Assembly: GCA_965240325.2 (NCBI GenBank)
Contig: OZ251227.1
Coordinates: 1,984,001-2,048,000 of the forward strand
Length of the DNA: 64,000 nucleotides
From: Rebecca billardiae RCC1528
Lineage: Eukaryota > Protista > Haptophyta
Direction of reading: 5' to 3'
A model generated the notes under the pieces. The model was not told the origin of the DNA. It did no database searches and saw nothing but the letters and a program-made list of their open reading frames with translations. The translations under genes and the position numbers were made by a program. Below, piece by piece: positions 12,819 to 23,712 of the stretch. Numbering within the stretch: the stretch's first letter is position 1; each line of letters opens with the position of its first letter.

Positions 12819-13160
12819 ATGGCGAAGTTTCTCACTCTCCTCGCCGTCCTGATCGCCGCCGGCCACGCGAGTGCGATGCGCGTGCATGTGCCGTCGCGGA
12901 CGCAGCGCTCGGCGATGACGATGGCCATCGACCTGAATTCGGACTGGTACTCGACGGCTGCCCTCAACGCGGAGGATATGCTGAGCACCAACCCGAGCTC
13001 GGACGCGATGAACGAGGAGAAGCTGCAGCAGGTGCAGCAGGCGCTTGACGTGGCGGTGCGCACACACAGCGTCCTTCGTCGCAAGGTCCAAAAACGCCTC
13101 AACCGCCTGCGCAGCGAGACGGCCTCGTGGTACCTCACTGCAGATGGCCTCGACCATTGA
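12819..13160 (+). CDS. Small (113 aa) protein with bipartite signal + transit-like peptide, unknown function
   Basis: MAKFLTLLAVLIAAGHASA signal, then MRVHVPSRTQRSAMTMA resembling a complex-plastid transit peptide. C-terminal coiled-coil-like segment. Confidence 0.65.
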   Translation: MAKFLTLLAVLIAAGHASAMRVHVPSRTQRSAMTMAIDLNSDWYSTAALNAEDMLSTNPSSDAMNEEKLQQVQQALDVAVRTHSVLRRKVQKRLNRLRSETASWYLTADGLDH

Positions 13161-14586
13161 GATTGGACAGGGCGTTGCCGGTGTACGCCTCGCCCACCGG
13201 CAGGGGACATGTGCCCCACGAGGCGGCAAGGTCAGCAAGCAGATTACCGCAAGTGTTTGACGCGGTGATTGGCATCGCGCACCGTTGGCATTCTCGCTTC
13301 GTTTTACCATCGTGACACTCGCGCGGTCAGCGGTCTCGGGTGCCGGGCCGCGCCGAGTCAGGCCCGGCCCAGCCGGCGTGTCCCGGCGCGGGCGCGGCTC
13401 CTACTCGGTACTCCTAGTTCTGGCCCATGGTGAGTCCTCTTCGGACTCGACATAGTCTACACGGCAACTTGTACATTAATACACGTTCAGTAACTCCTCG
13501 TAGATCAGCGGTCTCGGCGCAGAAAGTTAAAAGTATTATTTTTAAAGTAAGAAAGCCACTCCATGCCACTCCAGATGCCACTCCGGGGCTCCGGAGTCGG
13601 ACGGCCGCGGCCTCGCCGCAGTCGCCGCTCGCGCGGCTCGCCCCCCGCGTCCGGGGCCGCGGGCCGCGCGGGCCGCCGCGGCCGGCCGCGGGCCGGCCGG
13701 CCGGCGGGCGCGGTCGCCGCGTCGGTCGCCGACGGCGAGTGCGGGCGAGTCCGCGGGAGTGGCCGACGTGGGCAGCAGGCCCGGCCGGCGCCGCCGCGGA
13801 CGCTGGCTGCGGCGGTGGCCGTGAGACAGCGGTGAGTGCGGCACTATTAGTCAGTCCGCCGATGGCGCGGCCTAAATCCGCTCGGGACCGGACTAATTCT
13901 ATGATTTAAAGACACAGGCACGAGGGCGTCAGCTCTCCTGATTCGTCTGTAGTGGTACTGGTCGAAGCTTGCAGCAGTGGCAGTGGTGTGAGCGCGTTAC
14001 TCATGCCGAATTATATTTATAAACTGCCGTGCCAAAATCGGCTGCCAGCAGATTTAATTCTGCGCCCGCCGGCGAAGCGCAGCCTGCCGCGCACTGCGCA
14101 GCGCCTCTGACTCGGGACCGGGCTGGCAGCGGGCTGCGCCGGGGCTCAGACGGCCTGCGGCCCTCGGCGGCTGCAGTTGCCATTCCCATGGCCATTATTT
14201 AATTGGGCGAGATTGGCCGAGACCGGGTCACCCGCCTTAATGAGGTCCTGATAAATGAGGTTGACCGCGCTGAGTCGAACTCCAAGGCTGGCGGCACGCC
14301 TGCGCAGCCGCAGGCGGCGAGTCGCCCCCGTTGCCGCCGGCGTTGGCAGCTGTGCCTGTTGCCTCACGCCTGCGCCAGATCCCAGCGCGGCACGAGACGT
14401 GACTCCAAGAATGTTCGCCATCGAGTCGCGCGCCAAACGTGAGACGGTGAAGCGCGCCTGCCCACTTGGTGCTGACGTGAGCCGCCCTGCGATCCGAAGA
14501 AGTGCGCCACTCGCCGACCGAAGGGCGAAATACGAGGCGAGCGTCGCCCACGTGCGAGCATCCCGCGCGCCTAGTGCCGCGAGCGC

Positions 14587-16463
14587 CTAGCTCCGTCGCC
14601 GAGTGAGCCGTGCTGCGACAACGGCCGTCAGGCCCACCCCCGCCACCAGCGCGCCCACGAGCAGCACGAGCGGGCTTTCCGCGTGACGCGCGTGCGCGGC
14701 CGCCTCCGCTTCCCGCCGCGCGTGCAGCGCGCAGTTTGCGTGGTTGATGGCGCACTGCTCGCCGCAGCACCCGCACATGCACAGCTCCCGGTCGCCGGCC
14801 TCCGGGTCCTTATACCCTTTCCGCGTGGCGCACTTGTTGAGGCCCCAGGACGTGCAGCGGTGGCGCATGCACATGCCGCACGTCAAGTGCCCCTCCTGCT
14901 TGTGCGGCACCGCCGTGCCGCCGTCCGTCACGCATCGCGCCTGGACCTCCAGCGGGATAGGCAGTTTGAACTGGTTCTGCGGCTTGTCGTAGCCTGGGTA
15001 GCCCAGCTCGCAGCCCTCGAAGTTGAGGGTCTCGAGCGCGCCGATCTCGGTCGGCAGCTGGCCCGTGAGCGAGTTGACACTCAGGTGGCTGCGCGCGCGA
15101 GAGGTGGCGACGCGGCACGTGCGCACACGAGGTCAGGCCGAGGGCAGCGCGCACGGGTGCAGCGCGCGCGCCTGGCGCCTGGCGCGCGGGCGCGGCACGC
15201 ACAGGACGGCCAGCGCCGAGAGCACGCCAAGCTCGGTCGGCACCTTGCCGGTCAGGTGGTTGCGGCCGAGCATGAGCGTCTCCAGCTTGGGCAGCGCCCC
15301 GAGCTCGGTCGGGATCGTGCCAGAGAGCGAGTTGTACACGGCGTTCAGCATCAGCAGCTCCTTCAGGTTGCCCAGCTCGGTGGGCAGCGTGCCCGTGATC
15401 ATGTTGAAGTCGACGCCACTGCGCGTGGCGCGCGCGCGCGAGCCGCGCGCAGGCGCGTGAGACCGAGTGGGTGCGCGTGCGCGTGCGGTGTGCGGCGCGC
15501 GGCGCACGGCGCGCAGCGCGCGGGGCGCGCGGGGCGGCGTGTGAGCGCGCGCTCACATTCTCTGCATGGCGGTGAGCTCGGTAAGGTCAGCGCTGACTGA
15601 GCCACTCAGCTGGTTCTCGAGCAACCCCAAGATCTGCAGCTTGGTCAGCAGCGCCAGCTCCGTGGGCAGCTTGCCCAGAAGCATGTTCTCATGCAACAGC
15701 CTGCGCGCGCGGTGTGCCGGGCACGCAGTTGCAGCGGCGCATGGCGTGAGGCCCACGGCCACTCGCGCCGGTCTGGCCCTCACGCGCGAGCGCGCACAGT
15801 GCGGTCAGCCCGGTGAGGAGGCCGATTTCCGTCGGAATCGTGCCATTCAGCTTGTTGCTGTGCAGATCCCTGCGCACCGCACGCGCCGCGCGCGCGCACA
15901 GCGCCCGCGCACAGGCGGCAGTCAGTGTTTGCCGCCTCTCCGCGCGTGCGCCCGCTGGGAGCGCCGGCACGCACAGATGCTCAAGCAGCGTAATCTCACC
16001 AATCTCCGACGGGATGGTACCAGAAATCGAGTTGTCCTGCAATTCGCTGCGCACGTGGGGTCAGCGAGCGCGGGTGATGCTGCGTGTCAGCCCCTGTCAC
16101 TGCGCGTGAAGTGACAGCAGTCCACTCGAGCGAGCACACTCGCTCCGCGTGCGCACGCACATCTTGGTGAGATGTGTCGCGCTGCCGATCTCGGTCGGGA
16201 TGGTGCCGGTGAGAGGAGCATTTACTACGAACCTGCGCGCCGCGGCGCCGGATCTCACGTGAGCACACCTCCCGTGCGCGCGCAGGCGCGAGGCGCGGCT
16301 CGGCCGACGGGCGGCCCACGCACAGAATGTCGTCGCACGATGCCAATTTTTGGACCACGCACTCATCCCACGCCTGATGCTCTTCGAGCGTCGCGCCCCG
16401 CGTCTGCACGCTGCCCAATGCAGCCAGCAGTGCCGCCACCCATGTGCGCCAGATGTGCCCCAT
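14587..16463 (-). CDS. Secreted/membrane LRR receptor-like protein; exons 16463-16324, 16232-16161, 16046-15975, 15869-15798, 15700-15557, 15418-15203, 15088-14587
   Basis: Signal peptide; plant-type 24-aa LRRs (NxLxGTIPTEIGxL); six GT-AG phase-2 introns; Cys-rich stalk; C-terminal TM (PLVLLVGALVAGVGLTAVVAA) with an RRRS tail. Confidence 0.9.
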
Positions 16464-16858
16464 CGCCCGTGGCGCCGCTAAGCTCGAGCGCGCCTGCTTG
16501 TCGGCCAGCGGCGAGCGGCGGGTAAATAAAGATTCAGTGCGCGGCTGAATTCGGTCGGAGGGGCGTGCGGCGGTCTTTTTAAACGGTCATTGGGCCCGAA
16601 CGCCCACTCCGCCGAACGCAAAGGCAGCGCGTGACTTGCTCTCCTGAGCGGGCCTCTTCCGGTGTGGCGCGCAGGCTTGCCGCGCGGGCGAGGCAGGCAC
16701 CGGCGACGCTCGGCAAGCGCCGCCATTGCGAAAAAAAGGAGCCTGCTCGCGGCCGCCATTGTAGCGACGCGCTTCGCCCCTCACCCCCGCGGCTGACAGA
16801 CGCCGCCCGGGCCAGCTGCGAGCCCATCCGCCGGGCGTTCGTCGGCGGCGGGCGCGTC

Positions 16859-17344
16859 ATGCCCTCCGCCACGGAGGCGCTCGCCGACGACATCGCATCC
16901 ACACACACATGGTTGACGACGACGCTCTTCTGTATCAGCCTCTTCGAGTCGGTATTCCGCCCCGACCCGACGAGCGTCGTGTGCCTGTTCGGCTTTTACT
17001 CGACCGCGCACCGCTCGGCGCCGGCGATGCGCTCCTTCACCGTCTTCCTTGCCGTCACGGTGGCGGTGGATGTGCTGTGGTTCATCGAGTATAGCCCCCT
17101 GCAGTACATGTCGCTTGACGCGCTCTGGGAGGTCCCGCGCCGCGGGCAGCTCGCGCTCATCCTCAGCTTGCTGAGTGTGCTCTACAAGCTCATCTCGATT
17201 GGTGTGAGCATCAGGCTGTACCGCGCGTACGCCGCTGAGCAAAAGATGGTCGAGGAGTACGGCCAGACATCGACGGGGGAGCCGGCGCTGGCGGGCAGCC
17301 TCTCCGCCAAGGACGGCACAGGCGCACCTGGCAGCTCGCGATGA
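16859..17344 (+). CDS. Small multi-pass membrane protein, AGTRAP-like
   Basis: Three to four hydrophobic helices. FLAVTVAVDVLWF and LALILSLLSVLYKLISIGVSIRLYR resemble the AGTRAP pattern (recalled, not searched). Confidence 0.6.
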   Translation: MPSATEALADDIASTHTWLTTTLFCISLFESVFRPDPTSVVCLFGFYSTAHRSAPAMRSFTVFLAVTVAVDVLWFIEYSPLQYMSLDALWEVPRRGQLALILSLLSVLYKLISIGVSIRLYRAYAAEQKMVEEYGQTSTGEPALAGSLSAKDGTGAPGSSR

Positions 17345-18300
17345 TGTTCTTGGTCGGTGGAACGACGGCCGCTGCCCACCAAGTCGACCGCCGGCGGCCT
17401 CGGCCGCCTTGATTGAGGTGCCAGCTAGGCCATGATGCTGCGTGGCCGCGCGTTGCTGTGGGGTGGGGTGGCATGTGCGCCCGTTCGCGCTCACGTGGCC
17501 TCGACGCTGATCGCGTACAGATGTCGCAGTCGGATGTGGCATATCTTTGCCGATCGGCCCGATCGCGACTGCTCGGTCACTCTTCTACGGATACTCTGCT
17601 ACTGTCTACTGAGTCTCACTCTCAGTCTCCGACGGTCTCAGTCTCACTCTCAGGTCTGAGTCCGGGACTACTGACTGTCGGCGAGTCGGACAGGACAGTC
17701 GCCGTCGCCAGTCCCACGGCCGATGATCCCGGGTCCGGATCGGGATCGTCCGCTGCCACCGTAACCGTAACCGTTCCGTCGTAGACGTAGTCGGCACTCA
17801 AAGTCTCAATCATCAACGTATTCGTCCCCAGCCCCAGGACCGCGGGAGGCGCGGCGGCGGGACCGTAATCCGTATCCGGCTCCGCCGGGGCGGCCCGGCG
17901 TCCGCGTGGCCGTGTAAACCGTTATACCGTTGAACGCGGGCCGAGTCGCGGTTTAAACGGAGCCACAGCCGCCACGGCCAGTAGTTGAACTCTAAGAAGT
18001 TACCGCTGCCATATATTGTCTGATAGTGAGCTACTAGGCTCGTGACACAAAGTGTGTCAACGACGGTATGATGAAGGTAAACGGAGGCGGTCGTCGGAGC
18101 AGAGACCAGAGTCCTGGGCCTGGCCCAACGTCACGAGACCGACCGTCCTTAGAGTAGTTAAGACGACTCTGCGAGCTGACGCACGCGACTCGAAACTCGC
18201 GGCACGGCATAGACGTACACGACTCATCCGTGAAGGGCTCCACACAGCACTCGCATGCGGAGCGCACAGCAGCCGCGCCCGTTTTGGCGCCGTGCCTGCA

Positions 18301-19743
18301 TCAGGCGCCCGTGACCCCAACGTCGCCATGGCTCGAGCTCATGTCAGCACCGCGGATGAACATGCGCATGTCCTGCTTGGTGTACACGTCTCTCCACAGC
18401 TCCTCGGCCGGGGGTGTGGGCGCCGCCTTGGCCTCCTCGATGGCCGCGTCGATCTCCTTGCGGATCTTCGTCTCCATCGCCTGAGCCACGGCCGCGCGCA
18501 CCGCGCGCGTCAGCCAGCGGCGCCCACGAGCACCGGTCGGCTCGCGGTGGGTGCGCGGCGCGCGGCGCGCGGCGCGCGGCGCGCGGCGCGCGGCGCGGCC
18601 GCGCGCAGCTGCTCTCACCTTGAGCTCCTCCGCGCTCGCAATCTCGTTCTTGAGGATGATCTGCTTGAGGCCCTCGATCGGGTCGCGCGCGCGGCGGACG
18701 CCGCTCACCTCTTCGCGGTCGCGGTACGTGACGCCTGGGTCGGACATCGAGTGGCCGTGGTAGCGATATGTGTCCATCTCAATCACCATCGGGCCGCCGC
18801 CGCCGCGCGCGTGCGCGGCCGCAAACTCGGTCGCCTGGCGCACCGCGAGCACGGACATGCCGTCGACCTTGATGCCGGGCATGTACAGCCCGCGCGTGTA
18901 GTAGTCGGTGTTCGCCGACGAGCGCGCCTTCGCCGTGCCCATCCCGTACTGGTTGTTCTCGCACACGAAGATGACGGGCAGCTTCCACAGGGCGGCCATG
19001 TTCATCGCCTCGAACAGCTGGCCCTGGTTGGACGCGCCGTCGCCGTACAGCGCAAACGCGACGCCGCCGTCGTCCCTGTACTTGTGGGCGAAGGCGAGGC
19101 CGGCGCCAAGGGGCTGCTGCGCACCGACGATCCCGTTCCCGCCGAAGAAGTTGTTCTTGGCCATGTACATGTGCATCGAGCCGCCCTTGCCCTTGGCGCA
19201 GCCCGTGTGCTTGCCCAGCAGCTCGGCGATGATGTTGGACGGCTTGTCGCCGCGCGAGAGCTGGTGGCAGTGGTCGCGGTACGCGGTGATGATCGAGTCC
19301 TTCCATGAGGTCGCCGCGTCCATCCCCACGCACACCGCCTCCTGCCCGTCGTACAGGTGGCAGAAGCCGCGGATCAGCTTCGCCTTGTACAGCGCGTCCG
19401 CGCCCAGCTCCATGCGCCGCATGCGGTACATGCTCTCGTAGTAGCGGAGCAGCTCGGCGCGCGAGGTGGTGACGCTCGCGGAGGGCGCGTCGCACATGTA
19501 CGTCTCGAACGGGGTCACCTCGAGCGTGATCGGCACGCTGTCCACCGCGTCCTTCTCGGCCTTGAGCGCGATCGCCGCTTGCACGTCGTCAGGCGTGACC
19601 GTGCCGCGCGGCCCGGACGCCGGGATGTCGAAGCCCTCGAGCCCGTGCTCCGAGATCAGCCGGTGGATGGATGGGCCAGCCTTCAACGCCAGCTCGCGCC
19701 GCAGCGCATGCCGCGCGACCACACCGCGCGACCACGCCAGCAT
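18301..19743 (-). CDS. PDHA1: Mitochondrial pyruvate dehydrogenase E1 alpha with N-terminal peripheral-subunit(E3)-binding domain; exons 19743-18619, 18480-18301
   Basis: [20 protein letters not shown], ThDP motif [24 protein letters not shown]. In-frame 138-nt GT-AG intron 18481-18618. Presequence [16 protein letters not shown]. Confidence 0.95.
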   Translation of the reverse strand: MLAWSRGVVARHALRRELALKAGPSIHRLISEHGLEGFDIPASGPRGTVTPDDVQAAIALKAEKDAVDSVPITLEVTPFETYMCDAPSASVTTSRAELLRYYESMYRMRRMELGADALYKAKLIRGFCHLYDGQEAVCVGMDAATSWKDSIITAYRDHCHQLSRGDKPSNIIAELLGKHTGCAKGKGGSMHMYMAKNNFFGGNGIVGAQQPLGAGLAFAHKYRDDGGVAFALYGDGASNQGQLFEAMNMAALWKLPVIFVCENNQYGMGTAKARSSANTDYYTRGLYMPGIKVDGMSVLAVRQATEFAAAHARGGGGPMVIEMDTYRYHGHSMSDPGVTYRDREEVSGVRRARDPIEGLKQIILKNEIASAEELKVRAAARGRAARRAPRAARRAPRTHREPTGARGRRWLTRAVRAAVAQAMETKIRKEIDAAIEEAKAAPTPPAEELWRDVYTKQDMRMFIRGADMSSSHGDVGVTGA

Positions 19744-20097
19744 CAGGCCAAGATCGTCGGGGCGGCCGAGTCGCGACGCTTCCGAGACGATGGTACCAGT
19801 ATCCCGCAAGCCCGCGCGCCGAGGCCGACGACGCGCGGGAGATCAAGAGTCAACTGTGGGAAAGACCCCGCCGCCCACTGAGCAAGGGCCGTACACTGAT
19901 CTCAGATCTGAGATCATGAGCAGTCACCTGCTGACCTGCGGCTGCAGTCAGCAGTATGTAGGGTCCGTACGGTTTAGCTACGGTTTACTGCTACTGTAAG
20001 CAGAATCAGAGACGTCCTAGCCGAGTATGATAGTACTAGTTACACGACGGACGGACTGTGGTCCCCCAGATCGAGCTCCATCGCTGTCATGTTGCGA

Positions 20098-22660
20098 TCA
20101 TATGCTGCGGCTGCGGTGCAGCTTCAGCTTCATCGCCGGCGGCAGCCAGTCCAGCGCGCCCTCGCGCGTGTCTTCGCCATCCTCGCTCCAGCTCGTCTCG
20201 AGCAGCGACTGGTGATGCGTCCACTGCTCGTCGTCGCTGTCCGCGCCCGCCTCCTCGGAGCGGTAGTACTGGTCGGACGCGGCGATCGCGTTGAACACGT
20301 CGCGCAGCCGGCCGTTGAATCCGTCGAAGCCGCCGAAGCTCGCCTGGATCACGCCGAGCAGCCGGTCGCGGTCGGATTCGAGCTTGCACGCGGCGTTGCG
20401 CACGTCCACCTTGCCCAGCTCGACCAGCCACTCCTCGTAGCTCGAGTTGTCGAAGCCGTCGTCGACGCGGCACAGCACGATCTGCTCGAGGTCGCCGCCC
20501 GTCATCTCGATGAAGACGAAGAGCTCGACGACGCTGGCGCGCGGCGCGCGCGGGCGCGGGGCGTGAGCGCACGTGCGCGCGCGCGCGACTAGGCGCCACG
20601 CGGCGGGCGCACACCACCACAGGCGCTGCAAGTACGTGTTCCCCACGAGCGCGAGCAGCGTGCCGCAGCCGGCGAGGAAGACGGGGAGGCAGGCGAGACT
20701 CGTCTCCACGTCCTCCTGGTCGATGCAGCACTTGTCGCTGCGGGCGGCACAGCGCGGTCGCGGCGGCCAGTCAGCTCGAGCGCTGGCGCGCGCGCGGCGC
20801 GCCGCGCGGCGGCGCAGCGGCGCGGCGCGCACATCCACAGCTTGGGCTCGCGCTTGTGTGTGCGCACGAAGGCGCGCCGCCATTCCTGCAGCGTCGCCCA
20901 CTTGTCACTCGCGTCGTCAGTCCACGAGTGCTGCGCGCGGAGAAGGCGCGCGTGCGGGCGCACAGGCGGGTAGCAGCGCGGGGCGTGGGGGCGCGGGGCG
21001 CGGAGTGAACCGCCGCGTCGCTCGTGCAGCTGGCGCGCATGAGCACGCGCGCGTGCGCGCGGCCCGCTGCTGCGGCCCGGGCGGCGCGCGCGGCGCGCGC
21101 CGTGCGCCGCGCAGCGCGCACCGAGACGAAGGCGTCAACCTCGCCAAACATGGCTGGTGACGAGCGCGCGTACAACTCCCGGCTCGGCGAGTGCGACGCC
21201 ATGTCGGCATACGTCAGCCTGTCGAGCGTGATCGCGCGGAAGTGCGCCTGCGCGCGCCGCTGGACGTCAGCGGACGAGTGTCGGCCGATGAGCGCGGCGA
21301 TGCCCGCCGCCGCCGTCACGGCCTCGCTCCGTATGGCGAGGAAGGCCTGCACGCGCATGCGCAAGTCGGGGCGCAGCACGGCCCCGCCGCCCACCGCGAA
21401 GTTGACCACGCCCACCAGGAGCAGCGCGCGCCACAGCGCGGCCGCCTCCTCCGCGAGGTCCGTCCGCACCAGCCCGCCCGCGAGGCCCGCGCCCAGCAGG
21501 GCGAGGGTCGTGAGGCCGACGCGGACGAGCGTCACGCCCAGGCCCACCCACATGGCGTCGAGGCAGGCGCGCGCGGAGACCACCGCGCCGCGGCTCTCGC
21601 GAAGCCACCACCCCACGCGCACGATCTCGTGCACGCCCAGCCCGAGCAGGCAGAGCCACATCAACAGGACCAGAGCGCTGAACCACGGCGGCACGTCGCC
21701 AAACCCGCTCAGCCCGAGGGCGCCGCGCCGCCACAGCGCGAGCTGGCGGCGCACGTGCAGCAGCAGCGCGAGCGTGGCGATGGAGCAGCCGCACAGCATG
21801 CCCAGCATCAGCTTCACCGCCGCGCGCCGCTCCGTCGGCATCGCGAGGATCAGCACGAGCAGCGCCGGGCCGGAGGGCAGCAGCGCGAGCTGGAAGCCGT
21901 GCGTGTGCGCCTCGTCAAACAGGACGAGCGTGAAGCAGAACGACGAGACGAAGAGCGCGCTGGCGAGCGCGAGGAGCGGCATCTGCACGCGCCGGCGGAA
22001 GCGCCGGCCCTCCGCATGCGCCGCGTCCAGCCGCCTCCGGATGTCCGAGCGGTCGCGCGGCGAGACGAGCGGCGAGCTGGACGAGCCGCGGCGCAGCGCG
22101 ATCTTGGTCGGGCTGTTCACACCCGAGGCCGAGCCGCGGCGCACCGCGGGCTTGGTCGGGCTGCCCGCGCCGGCGGCCGAGCCGCGGCGCGCCTTCGTGG
22201 GGCTGCTCGCGCTCGCGCCCGAGCCGCGGCGCAAGCCCGGCTTGAGCGGGCTGCCCATCGCCATGATCGAGCGGCCGCTGCTGCCCCACGGAGTGGACTT
22301 GCGCAGTTGCCGCACCTGCGGCGAGGGCGAGGTGCCCGGCGAGGGCGAGGTGCTGTGCCCGGCGGACACGCGGAGCGTGGCCAGGTTTGGAGACTCCCGC
22401 CGCACCGCCAACGACGACGTCGAACCCTTCCCCTCTGCCAACGGCGACGGCAGGGGCGTGGGCAGCGTGGCGCGCGGACCGCTCAGCCGCACCCTGCGAG
22501 TGCCGGCGACACGTAGGCGCAACTGACCCGTCGCCTCGGACATGCGCCGGGGTGGTGCTGTGTCGTGATCGTCCTCTTCGGGAGGCGTGACCGTGGGCAG
22601 CGGCAGCGCCGCGAGCGTCTGCCCGCGGCGCTGCGGCGGCGCATCGTCGCCGTGTACCAT
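20098..22660 (-). CDS. Multi-TM protein with C-terminal TIR-like domain; exons 22660-21122, 20930-20833, 20737-20615, 20533-20098
   Basis: Spliced product reads DAFVSHSW..LWIDKCCIDQ..LPVFLAGC..LLALVGNTYLQRLWCVVELF, preceded by about six hydrophobic helices. Three GT-AG introns give a continuous frame. Confidence 0.8.
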
Positions 22661-22778
22661 AGCGGCAAAGTCGATGCCTCAACCAGTGGCGCGCTCGGTT
22701 AAGACATTTAGTCATTTACCCACTTCACCGGCCGAATAATAGTAGACTGCGCGCACATATTCAATCAGCACAGCCGGC

Positions 22779-23369
22779 ATGCGGGCCGACCTCGCTGCGA
22801 CGGTGCTGCTGGCCTTCGCCGCGAGCAATGGCCGTGCGTACGCGCACTGGAGTCTACCGACAGGAGTGCGCTTCGAATGTACGGGGTGTTCGAAGTGCTG
22901 CCGGGTGCGCGGCGACGTGTGGGCCACCAGGCGCGAGACGCAGCGCATGGCAAGAGCTGTGGGCGTCAGCGCGGATGACTTCGAGAAGCGCTACGTGTCA
23001 CGCCGGAAGGTGGACGTGCCGCCGGGCTGGGCGCGCCTGGCTAGTCAATCGGATGGCGGCTGCGTCTTCTTGGACAAGGATGGCAAGTGCACGGTCTACG
23101 ACGCACGGCCCTTGCAGTGCCGTGCGTACCCGTTTTGGCCTGAAGTGTCCGGCTCACGCGAGACCTGGGCTCTAGAGGCGGTCCTACCGGATGATGCGCC
23201 GGGACCAGGCCGAAGATGGAGCCCAGGTAGTGGCGGGTGTGAAGGGATCTCGGCCAGTGCGCGGTGGATCCCGGGGCCAGTCGTCGCGTTGCGTGAGGCC
23301 GAATATGCGCTGTACGATGCACGCTTCAAGCGCGCTCGACAGGCACAGCGCGACTCGTCACGCACATAG
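22779..23369 (+). CDS. YkgJ/UPF0153 (CxxCxxCC) putative Zn/Fe-chelating protein
   Basis: FECTGCSKCC ... CVFLDKDGKCTVYDARPLQCRAYPFW; hydrophobic N-terminus. Confidence 0.88.
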   Translation: MRADLAATVLLAFAASNGRAYAHWSLPTGVRFECTGCSKCCRVRGDVWATRRETQRMARAVGVSADDFEKRYVSRRKVDVPPGWARLASQSDGGCVFLDKDGKCTVYDARPLQCRAYPFWPEVSGSRETWALEAVLPDDAPGPGRRWSPGSGGCEGISASARWIPGPVVALREAEYALYDARFKRARQAQRDSSRT

Positions 23370-23712
23370 GGTCACGCACGTCCAAGCAGCCTGGCAAACA
23401 GAGTCTGTGAATCGGCGCCAAAACGTGTCATCACATTAAGACAATGATGTCATCCCGGTCGTGGCTGAGGCAGTGCGCGCGCTGCTCGGCGCCGGCCGCG
23501 CCCGGGGCCCCCGGCGCGGCCCGCGCCGGCCCCGCGCCGGGGCCCGGGCCCGGGGCGGCCGCCGGCAACCGTCAGCCGGGCACTCCGTCCGCACTGTGCC
23601 GACCCGACCCGATACAGCGATACTGATAGTCTGCTGAATTCCGCGCGGCGCGCCGCGGCGGGGCTGGCGCCGACTAAATAACTCCGATGGGTCTCGGGGT
23701 CATGCACTACCG

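Noticed and set aside
14174-14590. Short ORFs downstream of the LRR gene
   Set aside because: No codon bias or motif support
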